A stretch of 64,000 nucleotides of DNA from Octopus sinensis (lineage: Eukaryota). Of the stretch, positions 40,618 to 54,001 are shown in pieces (the stretch's first letter is position 1; each line of letters begins with the position of its first letter). Below the pieces are notes generated by a model that worked only from the letters and a program-made list of their open reading frames with translations, did not search any database and was not told the origin of the DNA. The position numbers were made by a program, and so were the translations under genes. The DNA lies in contig NC_043010.1 in NCBI RefSeq assembly GCF_006345805.1, positions 18,166,001 through 18,230,000 on the forward strand, written 5' to 3'.

Positions 40618-42153
40618 GAATGATGTTGTAAGAGAAAGTTGTGTTGTGGGACATTGTCTCACGGTTGCTGACAGTAAATTTCATTTCTCTCGCTGACCAT
40701 TATCTTTAGTAGCTGCATTCCTTGTGATCATGATTCTAGCAGTCCGTTCCCTAACCGAGTCGTCACGAGCCGCCTCGCTCCGTTGTCGCCGAGTGACCAC
40801 CTGGTTTTTGCTTGGGGGTTCTTGTTTTTATAACTATCCAGAAGGATAGACATATCGTTGAGAACAATGGGCTTCATTGGTGGTACTGTATCTCTATTCT
40901 AGCTTTTGGTGAAGTAGAAGAGGTTATAAGGGTCAAGTGATGAAGACATTATTTCGGCCTAGCTAAAGGCAATCTGGCAAATATAAATTGCCATCAGAGA
41001 AAAACCATTGTTCCACCGTGAGAAAAGTTTTGTTGAACTGTTAATTTAAATTTGGCTAAGGTGGATCGAATCCACTTCATGCCTGCAAGATCCTGTATGT
41101 ATGTATATATCATCATCATCATCGTTGTTTAACATCCCCTTTCCATGCTAGCATGGATTGGACGGTTTGACTGTGGGCTGGCGAACCAGATGGCTGCATC
41201 AAGCTCCAGTCCTGAACTGGCAGTTTCTACAGCTGGATGCCCTTCCTAACGCCAACCACTCCGAGAGTGTAGTGGGTGCTTTTACGTGCCCCCCCCTCAA
41301 ATTTTGAGTGAGGTCGGCGCCAGTACCGCCTGACTGGCCCATGTGTATCTATATATATATATATATATTTATATATATAGTAGAACTGCCTTATTTCTAA
41401 CAGAATGTTGTTATTAAGGAGTACTGGAAGAAAACAAGTTCCAAATGGAAAATGAAACCTCATTCGTTTGTGGATGCCTGAAAACCTGCATCTCTCTAAA
41501 TGCCTGTCTTTCTTTAAAAGCTATAATCCTCTTTTAATTACTTGCCAACAATGGCTAACTTGTCTGTTTTTGGAAGGCTTTCCGGTCCAGGCCAATCAAT
41601 TGTTTGTCGAATTGTTTAATCTGTGACTATCCAGTATTTTAAAAAGCGTTCCTATCATGACCATCCCTTTTTTTAAAACCAAAATCTTTCTTATACCACA
41701 CCCTACTATTTATTTAAAAAAAAAAAACCCAATGTAGTCTGGGGAAAAATTGAATCCGAAAATTAAAAGATGTGGGGGTTAGGGAAATGCTCTTGATCCT
41801 GGGTCTACTGACTCAGAAATACACACTAACAAGCAACAAACTCAACTCATTTCAGCCAAGAGCAGCCCTCTACATGGTCATCCAACTGGCTGAAATGATA
41901 TGATATGAAGGACATTTTGGCTTGACCGTTTAGCGTTCAGATGACTTCATCAAATGTAATGCTTATTGTTTCATTGTTTTAAATTAATCACTCATTGTCT
42001 TTGTAGCTTTGAGATTTCAAAGTGTGTGTTTGTATGTTTTTAGAATGATAGTGTAGGGTAGGTGTGAGAGATTGGATCTGGTCAGTTTTAACATAAGACA
42101 AGTAGAATATTTGGGCCAGATATAACCATATTAAATGCCAAAATGTTAAAAAG

Positions 42154-42332
42154 ACATTGAATAGTCATGGAAGGCTATCATGGAAGAAAGATAGATTTAC
42201 TGAAAGACGTATGTTTTGCACATGTGTGCACAAATGAACCACATTGAATAGTCATGGAAGGCTATCATGGAAGAAAGATAGATTTATTGAAAGACGTAAG
42301 TTTTGCACATGTGTGCACAAATGAACCACATT
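42154..42332. repeat. 87-bp tandem duplication
   Basis: acattgaatagtcatgg...aatgaacc repeated at 42154 and 42241, with 2 substitutions. Confidence 0.9.
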
Positions 42333-42709
42333 TTATTTTCCAAATAAAATGTTAGAAAGCTATCTGGTGCACTGTCCTTTTTGACTCAATTTCGGTAAAC
42401 AAATAATCACCAAATGATGTTTTGGTACAAGACCTTCTTGTCAGAATTCAACCAGAAATGCAATCAAAATCTCACCATAACATTTTAGGTTGGAGATAAA
42501 CTATTCTCCTTCTTTGATGGTGTGCTTTCACTGGGCTGAAACTTTAAAGATGGAATCAACTGTGTTGCTTTTCAGAGACAGAAGAACCATTATTTGTACC
42601 AACACTTTCTTTTTTTTTTAATTCTTAAAATTTTGCTTGGATTTGTGTCTTGGAGGGGAACTTCTAGGTGTAATCCAATGGTCATTCGTGACCGAAATGG
42701 GTCTTCGCT

Positions 42710-42745
<36 letters not shown>

Positions 42746-42755
42746 TGTTGTGAAT

Positions 42756-42971
42756 GGGGAGAGTCATTCTCTTTTAGTGCCTTATTATTTAACACACTCA
42801 CCGGTAAAATTTATACTTATTTTTATTTTCTAAAATTTTTGTTGCGTCTTGCAACCTTTTCAATAGTCTTGACTCTCAGTCAAGACCATTAAAATAAAAA
42901 TAAGAAATAAATGGAAATTTTACCGGTGAGTATGTTAAATAATAAGGCACTAAAAGAGAATGACTCTCCCC
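42756..42971. repeat. Inverted repeat (57-bp arms, 1 mismatch) with an inner short stem
   Basis: 42756-42812 versus 42915-42971; inner GTCTTGACT/AGTCAAGAC stem. Confidence 0.9.
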
Positions 42972-43102
42972 AGACACAACAGAATATGCTTCAACACACG
43001 AACTCATGTAAAGAATCTTGCAAACCAAATCCAAAATCGAAATATATATATGGTGCCACATAGAAAAGCACCTAGTACGTTCTGTAAAGTGGTTGGTGTT
43101 AG

Positions 43103-45235
<2,133 letters not shown>

Positions 45236-45575
45236 TAAAATCAGGGGGAATGTAGGCCTATCCTCATAGGGTGGCATCATTTGAATGTTACAAGAATGTG
45301 AGGAAGCACATTGTGGCCAGGGGAATATGACAACACCACATGGTCTGGTTGATACAGCGAGGTAGTCAGTATGTGAGACATAGAGATGCTCAATGTAGGA
45401 AGCATGTAGTGGTGCTCAAATGATCAGAACTTAAACTCCATGGTCTTTACAAGGTCCATGGGGTAAAAAGTGGCTTTATGAGAAATCCAGGCGAGCCTAT
45501 ACAGAGATTGTGAAGCAGATAAATACAATTAGGCTTGATATATATTTAAATATACATATAGATATATATATAGGG

Positions 45576-45623
<48 letters not shown>

Positions 45624-46076
45624 TTATTTATCAATGCATATAAATGTGAAAGTGCTTGTACATATGTGTTTTTATCTGAATATACTTAGTCTTTGTACTT
45701 ATCTATATATATATATATATTTTTTACATGGAGTATAAAGAATACAGAAGAGTAAGGGGAGAATGCATAGTTTTTTTAAACTCAACAGCTGTTTCTGGGA
45801 GTTTGGAATTATGTAGTTGTTGTAATGTTCAAAATTAGTAGATGAAACGTGCAAAAAGTCATAGATATGCAACCAGTTGATTGCTGCATAGAAACATTAC
45901 CATAATAAGGGCTCCCTTTGTCAGGAAAAGAAGCTTGGCAGATGGTAATTCACATCATTGTGCAAGAGATTTATAGGTTGAATGAGAGGAGAGGCAGAGA
46001 GGAATAAGAAGCTAGCTATGTATGTATATAAGTATGTACTTAGACACATGAAAAGTGATTCTTAAATGTTCTTCAG

Positions 46077-46144
46077 GACTTGATCAGCTCATATCATCGA
46101 TGTAAAATGGTGGAGAAATCTTTAGAGAGTTCTGATTGGATCAT
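46077..46144 (+). CDS. NMNAT: NMNAT coding exon 3 (DLISSYHRCKMVEKSLESSDWI)
   Basis: Not in the ORF track; found by reading the sequence. ttcttcag acceptor, AT|gtaagt donor, 68 nt, phase 0 to 2. HR..M and SDW motifs. Confidence 0.88.
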
Positions 46145-46906
46145 GTAAGTTGACCTCTTCTTGCTTCAGTTTTTAACTTTCCTTCTTAGACATAGAACTT
46201 GAGGGCAGAATTTTAGCTGCTTTTAACTGAACATTATTAATATTCTTGTGATACCCCTGAACTCTGTGTGTGTGTGCATAAATGTATTCTTCACTCATCA
46301 CCAGTTGAACAAAAGACTGGAAGTGCTGACATTCCTTATGATTGGCCGGTCTGTCCATACTTTTGAAAACCTCTGGAATGATATATCCCTTACTTGAAAA
46401 GCAGGTATTGGTTAGCAAGGGGAAGAGCATTCATCTGTAAAATCCTGCTTCAAATTAATGTTTTCTCCAACCCATTGGACATCAAATAAGCAAATGGAAG
46501 ATAGAGTTATCTGACAATCAGGAACAAGGCGTAAAAGATACTAATTTAGTCACCAGTTCCAAGAACAAGGGAGGGAAATCTGTTTGTTCCAACAGTAATG
46601 GAATCCTCCCCCCCATTGTCCATTGCTATGGAAGCTCATGGTGAGGGACATGTTCAAAAGACTGATCCAATCAATAAAAGGAACATCAGAACAGAGTTAC
46701 GGTGCAGCTGCCACAGAAGACCAAGAAACATATTCTTTATAAAACAACTTTAGGAGAAATGTGGGAGACACCACGAGATCTTGACTTTGTTTATTGCAGT
46801 TGTGGATCTGGTAAAAACGTTTTGATATTGGTAAGCAAGGAACTTCAGAGAAAGTTTGGTCACTTGCACCAATTCTTGAATCTTCTCTACTAGTTCCACA
46901 GAATGA

Positions 46907-47306
46907 GGATCTCTTCGGTTTGAATGGCAGTTTTTTCTAGCGGTGTCATATGAAATTGTCACCCATAATTATGATCCTAGAATCGATCTATTGCATTTCA
47001 ATCTGTTTTAGGGTTAGGGTATCTTTTTTTCTTCACAAATGTAAATAAACCCAATCTGTTTCTTAAACGAGGGACATATTCATACGGCACAGAATGTTGT
47101 TTACCTCAATGGACGTCATTGATTGGTTGAAATTGCAGAAATTGAAGTAAAAAAAAACAACAAATATCTTACAAACTATAGAATTTTCTCAATAAAGCCA
47201 AGAGAAAAAGATGTTTTATAAACACATTCTACCAGTATATGAAGTTTAAAATTTTTTAGTTACCTAGAAATTATGTTAAAAACTACCGTTCAAACCGAAA
47301 AGATCC
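46907..47306. mobile_element. MITE copy 2, inverted relative to copy 1
   Basis: Same TIRs and internal sequence in reverse complement. Flanks CAGAATGA / TGGAATGA. Confidence 0.85.
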
Positions 47307-47946
47307 TGGAATGATAGCTTGAGTTTCTGTTAGGGGGGGGCAAAAATCGGTGCTGTTAAATATAAATCCACGAGAAGTTCTTGTCCTGGTTGTTGTTCAA
47401 TGTTGCAATTCTTCCTGAGTTGCCAAAATACTTTCAACTGGAATTGATTTGAGATTTGAAACTTTTGTGGAAAATTTAGCTCTGAGGATTGTCTAAGGCA
47501 AGTTTGGTTGAGGAATGCTTCCCAACCACATGGTTCCAGGTTCAGTCCTACTGCATGGCACCTTAGGCAAGTGTCTTCTGCTATAGCCTTGAGCCAAATA
47601 AAGCTTTGTGAGAGGATTTGGTAGATGGAAACTGAAAGAAGCCTGTCATATATTTATGTATATATCCGTGTATCTTTATGTCTGCGTTTGTCCCCACCAT
47701 TGCTTGACAACCAGTGTTGGTGTGTTTATGTCCTTGTAACCTAGCGGTTCAGCAAAAGAGATTGATAAATACTGGAGCTAATTTCTTTGACTAAAAAAAG
47801 ATTCTTTAAAGCAGTGCCCCAGCATGGCCACAGTCTGATGACTGAAACAAATAAAAAACCAAAAAATTCTGTTTGGAATCTGTTTGCATGTCTAAAACAT
47901 TTCTTCATTAGAGTTTCACTTAATTAATTTGTTGTTTGCTTTATAG

Positions 47947-48050
47947 ATTAGATCGGTGGGAGAGCGACCTGAACTGCTGGACCGAGACTCGTCATGTGTT
48001 GGCCTACCACAGCAACAGATTGAATAGTTCAGAGACAACCAACCATATCG
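47947..48050 (+). CDS. NMNAT: NMNAT coding exon 4 (LDRWESDLNCWTETRHVLAYHSNRLNSSETTNHI); 3' end at 48050 or 48077
   Basis: ttatag acceptor (phase 2). D.WES...W.ET..VL motif. Two in-frame phase-1 donors: G|gtacat at 48051 and G|gtaatg at 48078. Confidence 0.85.
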
Positions 48051-48969
48051 GTACATTTATTCATAAACACTCTAATGGTAATGTGTATGTGTGCACGTGT
48101 GTGTATGTGTGTGTTATTCATAAACACTTTAATGGGTGTGTGTGGTGGCGAGCTGGCAGAAACGTTAGCACATCAGGCAAAATGCGTAGCTGTATTTCGT
48201 CTGCCGTTATGTTCTGAGTTCAAATTCCGCCGAGGTCGACTTTGCCTTTCATCCTTTCGGGGTCGATTAAATAAGTACCAGTTATGCACTGGGGTCGATA
48301 TAATCGACTTAATCCGTTTGTCTTTCCTTGTTTGTCCCCTCTATGTTTAGCCCCTTATGGTTAGTAAAGAAATAGATAATGTGTGTGTATGCATGTGTGT
48401 GTATGGAAGTGGTTATGGCGTTGGTGGTGGTGTTGATTGCTTGATAATCTCCAGCACCATGGTGCTGGTGTTGTTTCAGGCCCTGCTCTGATTTAGCAGA
48501 CCCATGACCAAAATGCTCCGACCATGGCCATCCTATCTTCATTTCCAAGGTATTGTGTATCTAGGAGTACATATCAAATATATCTTTCCTTTCATTGTGC
48601 TGTTTATGCATGTGATTTGAGAGTAGTTTGGTTGTCACATGACCTGCTAGAATAGTAGGTCATTGAATGTTGGGTTTCATGGTGTTGGCGATAGTGGTGC
48701 TGGTTGTAAGTTTATTATTATCATGAAATCAAAAAAACGGCAGAATTGTTAGCATGCTGGGTAAAACGCTTTGCAACATTTCGTGTCTTTAGGTTCTGAG
48801 TTCATATTCTGCCGAGGCTGACTTTGCTTTTTTTCCTTTCAAGGTCAGTAAATACCAGTCAACCAACTTAACCCCTCCCACCAAACTAGCTGGTCTTGCG
48901 CCAAGATTTGAAGCCAGTTTTATTGTATTTAATTTTATCTCTCTGTTAGAGTTAATTTAATCATTTACC

Positions 48970-49553
48970 CCTTTACCATTTTACTTGGAGCAAGTACCAG
49001 TCATACACTTGGATCATTTCTGTTAACCATTATTTTTAGTCTTTGAACTAGGCCCCCTCCCCCCTACTGTAATATTGATTACGTCAATCCTAATATTGAA
49101 TTGACCTGCTAAAGGGGAGTAACGACAAATTGACCCTGTCCCTTAAAAATTTCTGCTGAAATTGTTTTATATTTAAATGTTTTTTAGTCCAAAGAGAAAC
49201 CATTTTTGGCATTGGTGATATTCTGCTTGGAACCAATATCTGATATTCTATTGGAACCAATATCTGACTTGTTGAATTTTTTGTACTACATGTCCAGCTA
49301 GCACTTTTGACCAATAGCCAAATGCTGATCATAGTCTATTTTGCTGACAATTCCAATTTCTTAGGCAGCAGAAATTTATAAGGGACAGGGTCAATTTATC
49401 GTTACTCCTCCTTAGCAGGTCAATTCAATATTAGGGTTGACGTAATCAATATTACAGTGGGGGAGGGGGTCCCAGTTCAAAGACTAAAAATAATTGTGAA
49501 TAGAAATGATCCCAGTGTATGACTGGTACTTGTGCCAAGTAAAATGGTAAAGG
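48970..49553. repeat. Long diverged inverted repeat (~188-bp arms), foldback/MITE-like
   Basis: 48970-49158 versus 49366-49553. The spacer has a direct repeat of TGGAACCAATATCTGA. Confidence 0.88.
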
Positions 49554-49896
49554 AGTATTGATGTTTATTTCTTTCCTAACACCATAGATGACCATTCTCT
49601 TCAGCTTGCAAAAATTTCTAATCCTTTAGAATGCTCAGGTGAGACCCAGAACAGCATATGGCTTCTCCATCCAGGGCAAATTGGCACAGAGCAAATTGGT
49701 CGACGCACTCCGACCTCTGGTTGGCCACAGATGAGTTGTCTCCCCTTCCATAAACGCTCTCTGGCTCACAAACATTTTTTACTTTCTTTTCTACTACTTC
49801 TATTCTGGCCCCTTTCGAGCTGGTTGCTCGGATGCTGCCCTTATTCAAACCCTCACAACTTATTCATTTCTCTTCTCATTCCTGCATCATGTCTAC

Positions 49897-52800
49897 CAGG
49901 GGCGTGCACTCTCAGCAATGCAAGGTATGTGCTGCATGCCTTCCTTGTTTCAAAGAAAATACGTCCAGTTGTTTTAGAAATATTGTCTCCACTTCGTACA
50001 TCTGCTTTGATAAATGCTTTTAGAAGATCGCATGATACACACTCCCTCTCTGTCTGTATTAGTTTGTCCTTCCTTCCTCTCTCTCTCTCTCTATCTTAGT
50101 GACTCGATAAATTTATCGCTTGTCATGCGTTGGGAAGACAGCATGAGTCCCTTCTCTCTGTCTTTGATAGTTTGTCCCTTCTCCCTCTTTCTTTGTTTAA
50201 AAGATATACTACGAGGAATGGTCACCCCTTCTCTCTCAGCGATTCGACAAATTCAGTTTGGCATGTCATGCTGTGCTTAGATCGCATATCACGCCTCTGG
50301 CTATTTTGACCGGAACACGAGCCGTCCCATAATTCTTGTTTTAGCCAGCTGAAATGTTGGAATAGCCTTCGCATGTAAGTTTGAAATTTTTTATCCAAAA
50401 CATCCGTTTGCACTATCATATTTTTAGAATGTTTTGAAAGCAAAAATATCTACATTATATTTCTTATTTCAGAAATAGCTAATTAATCTTAAATTAATTT
50501 AACAAAGGGTATTTTTCCGTTTTGTTGAAATTGACTTAAAATTTACGCCGGCGCTTCCACGTGGGTCCTTAAATAAGAGCAGCCTTTTTAAAAATGAGTG
50601 AAATGTGTGCTATAAACGATATTTTGAGAACTAGTTTTTCTAAAAGGGACTTCGATGGGAAAAAATTAATTATAAATCGCGGGAGACCAACACCAAATTT
50701 ACCTAATTTGCGAAGCTACAACAAGAAATTCACGAGACAATTTCAGGTTAATTCGTATGAAAAGAAGAAATGGTTAACTGGAAGTGTTGCTCTTAATAAA
50801 TTATTCTGTTGGCCGTGTTTACTTTTTGGCTTAGAAAAAAATGTTTGGAATGATAAAGGCTATGATGATTTAAATAATTTACATATGGCTATGCTAAAGC
50901 ACGAGCGTTCTCAAAGGCATATAAAATGTTTGATAGACCTTAAAATATTCGGGAATGTTCGCATAGACTTACAATTAGATGCACGTAAAAATCAAAGCAT
51001 ACAACAGCATAATGAGAAAGTTCGACGAAACAGATCCATTCTGCAACGATTGATCGATGTTGTTATTTTTTTAGGCCTCCAGGAATTATCGTTTCGGGGT
51101 CATTTTGAATCTGAAGGCTCTAATAATCGGGGAAATTATAAAGAACTCGTTTATTTGATCAGTAAGTATGACAAACAAATGGAAAGTCATTTAGATACAG
51201 CTTCTATCTTCACTGGTCTGTCGAACAGAATTCAAAATGACTTGATCGAAGCAATTCATAAAGTTATGTTGAATGAGATGCAGAAGGAAATTGACCAAGC
51301 TAAGTTTGTTTCTATTCTTGTTGATGAGACATCTGATGTCTCAGCATCTTCACAACTGTCAACAGTTTTACGTTATGTTACAGAAGACTGTGTGACGAAA
51401 GAACGATTTATAGGTTTTAGTGATGTTAGTGCAGATCGATCTGCAAATGCTTTATCTGAACATGTTTTTAAATGCATTGAGACGTGGGAATGTGGAAACA
51501 AATTGATTGCGCAGACATATGATGGTGCCGCTACAATGGCAGGACAACTAAATGGGTTACAGGCAAAAGTAAGAAAGAAATATGAATGTGCGATCTTTAT
51601 TCATTGTTGTGCCCATATCCTAAATTTAGTTCTTTCACAATCATGCTCTGCTATGAAAGAATGCAAGATATTTTTTTCTACAATAAATGGACTCGGTACA
51701 TTTTTTACGAAATCACCGAAAAGGACTAATGCATTAGATAATATTGTTAAAAAAAGATTTCCGAAAGCAACAGCAACTAGATGGAATTACTCCTCACGTC
51801 TTATTATTACCACAAAGGAAAATTATAATTTCATAATCAGCCTTTTTGAACACATCATTGAAGATCCTGAAGCATGGGATGAGACCACCATAAATTCAGC
51901 AATTGGATTCTTACACATTTTAAAAGCTCCTGATTTCTTATTTTTGTTAGAGGTATTCAGTGACATTTTTTCTTTTACTGACGTCTTATTTAACATCCTC
52001 CAGAGTAAAAGTCATGACATAGTGTATTGTAAACAGCAAATAGATAAAACTAGAACTGTACTCGAAAACAAACTTGATAATTTTTCAGTCTTTTATGATA
52101 GGTTAGGGGAAAAATATGGAGTCGATGCAGGAATCGGAATTCAGAGATCCAAGAATATATCTATTGATCCCCAACGACATTATAGAACGCTTTATAACAA
52201 AATTATAAGTACAATAGTTGACCAAATAAAAGCACGATATTCATCCTTAGAAGAGTTTAAATTCATGGAACTTTTGAATTTCAACAAAGTTGATGAGTAT
52301 TGCAAACAATTTCCTGTGGACTCTTTAGATTCTTTAAGAACAACTTATGGCAGATTTTTTGATGTAATACGATTACAAAGTGAGCTCAATGTGATGTATT
52401 CAATGAAAGATTTTAAAAAACCAAGTGTAAGTCATTTAATGAGTTACATTAACAACACTGATCTTGTTGAAGCTATGCCAGAACTCTTCAATCTGTGCAA
52501 GTTGATTTTGACAATTCCGTCTACCACTGCTTCTGTAGAGCGATCCTTTTCTGCATTAAGTAGAATTAAAACATACCAAAGAAATGCGACAGGAGAAAGA
52601 AGACTGTCTGGGTTAGCACTAATGTCAATTGAAAAAGATTTATTACAAGAATTGATGAAAAGAGAAGATTTCTATGAAAATGTGATAGATATATTTGCCC
52701 AGAAAGATCGAAGAATTGAATTAATTTATAAATGAGCTAAGTAACATTTTAAAACATTAAAAAATATATATATTAAAGAGCATATATTACAGGTTTTGCT

Positions 52801-53695
52801 TAGTGTTTGTTATAACGTAAGGTTCGACCTTCTTACATCAGTATTGTTTCGCAGGAGAAATGTTTTGATTTGTTCGTGAAACCTACCTACATAGATTTCC
52901 CTTTCTGTGCTGCTGGGTGTAGTCTATTTACGGCCGTAAATAAGTGTTTTGTTTCACTTTCAATAAGTGTCTTGTTTCAATCTCAGAGATGTTGACTTCT
53001 GCCACAACAGTTTTGGGAGGCTTTTTACAATGTTGAATTTTCGCTGTCTTTCATTGTGTGCGTATTCATGTATATGCGTGTATTTTCAATGTGTGTGCAT
53101 GAGACGTAGTCTTTTAATGTACGGAGTTCAGTAAGTCTCAGAACAGTCAATAATTTTCCCGGAATTGACAAGTAGCATGATAAAGAACCTGACTTGTCTT
53201 CGAGAGAGTAATGATCTAAAACCATGGCCATATAATGTAACTAAATGTGTTCTTTTAATTAAATCATTTCATTCACCTCAACCGATAGGTATAGGGGCTA
53301 ATGCAGAATCGCACCCCTTTGAAAAACGAATTTATGTGAAAATTTTTTTTCGGATTCCTACCTTTAACAGAGATTCTGAATATGCAAAAATATTGACAGA
53401 ATCCAATTTCATCTTTATTACATTTCACTTATGATTTTTAGACTTTTCTAAGGGAGAATGAGGATGGGAAAGTACTGACGTTTCGAAGAGCAAAGAATAA
53501 TACAAACAATACACTTATTTCAGGATCATCTCTGCACAGCCATTTTTTATTCCCTGTTTATTCTGCATATTCAGAATCTCTTATATGTAAATCGTAGGAA
53601 TACGAAAATGTTTTACTGAAAAATTGCCGGTGGGAGGGGGGGGGGGCAATGAAATTAATTGCATGCCCAACGCCGGAAGTCACCGCACGCCACTG
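49897..53695 (+). mobile_element. Full-length autonomous hAT DNA transposon (3799 bp) in NMNAT intron 4
   Basis: 11-bp TIRs CAGGGGCGTGC / GCACGCCACTG (1 mismatch). Perfect 8-bp TSD ATGTCTAC at 49889-49896 and 53696-53703. Confidence 0.95.
50594..52735 (+). CDS. hAT transposase (ZMYM1-like/DUF4371 type), 713 aa, intact
   Basis: FCWPCLLF zinc-finger region; catalytic motifs LVDETSD, TYDGA, HCCAHILNL, TRWN, SVERSFS; C-terminal hAT dimerisation region. Confidence 0.92.
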   Translation: MSEMCAINDILRTSFSKRDFDGKKLIINRGRPTPNLPNLRSYNKKFTRQFQVNSYEKKKWLTGSVALNKLFCWPCLLFGLEKNVWNDKGYDDLNNLHMAMLKHERSQRHIKCLIDLKIFGNVRIDLQLDARKNQSIQQHNEKVRRNRSILQRLIDVVIFLGLQELSFRGHFESEGSNNRGNYKELVYLISKYDKQMESHLDTASIFTGLSNRIQNDLIEAIHKVMLNEMQKEIDQAKFVSILVDETSDVSASSQLSTVLRYVTEDCVTKERFIGFSDVSADRSANALSEHVFKCIETWECGNKLIAQTYDGAATMAGQLNGLQAKVRKKYECAIFIHCCAHILNLVLSQSCSAMKECKIFFSTINGLGTFFTKSPKRTNALDNIVKKRFPKATATRWNYSSRLIITTKENYNFIISLFEHIIEDPEAWDETTINSAIGFLHILKAPDFLFLLEVFSDIFSFTDVLFNILQSKSHDIVYCKQQIDKTRTVLENKLDNFSVFYDRLGEKYGVDAGIGIQRSKNISIDPQRHYRTLYNKIISTIVDQIKARYSSLEEFKFMELLNFNKVDEYCKQFPVDSLDSLRTTYGRFFDVIRLQSELNVMYSMKDFKKPSVSHLMSYINNTDLVEAMPELFNLCKLILTIPSTTASVERSFSALSRIKTYQRNATGERRLSGLALMSIEKDLLQELMKREDFYENVIDIFAQKDRRIELIYK

Positions 53696-53900
53696 ATGTC
53701 TACCCTTATCCTACCTGACCAGGTTCCACACAAAGCACTTTTCTGAATCCTTCCTCTGGAATTCCCTTGCTGCTCAAATAGAGGAACATTTGCGATCTCT
53801 GGGCACCTGTCAAAGCTATGGACACAACCTAAAATGTGAATAAATCTAAGACCATCATCATTATCATTTTTGTTGTTGATTTTTTTTATTTGTTTCTTAG

Positions 53901-54001
53901 GTGATGAAAACCAGAATCCGAATGCAATATTGGTGAAACTCTTGTGTGGTGCTGATCTTTTAGAATCCTTTGGAGTACCAAACTTATGGAGAAAAGAACA
54001 T
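53901..54001 (+). CDS. NMNAT: NMNAT coding exon 5 ([34 protein letters not shown])
   Basis: tttcttag acceptor, CAT|gtatgc donor, phase 1 to 0. Hallmark [17 protein letters not shown]. Confidence 0.93.
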
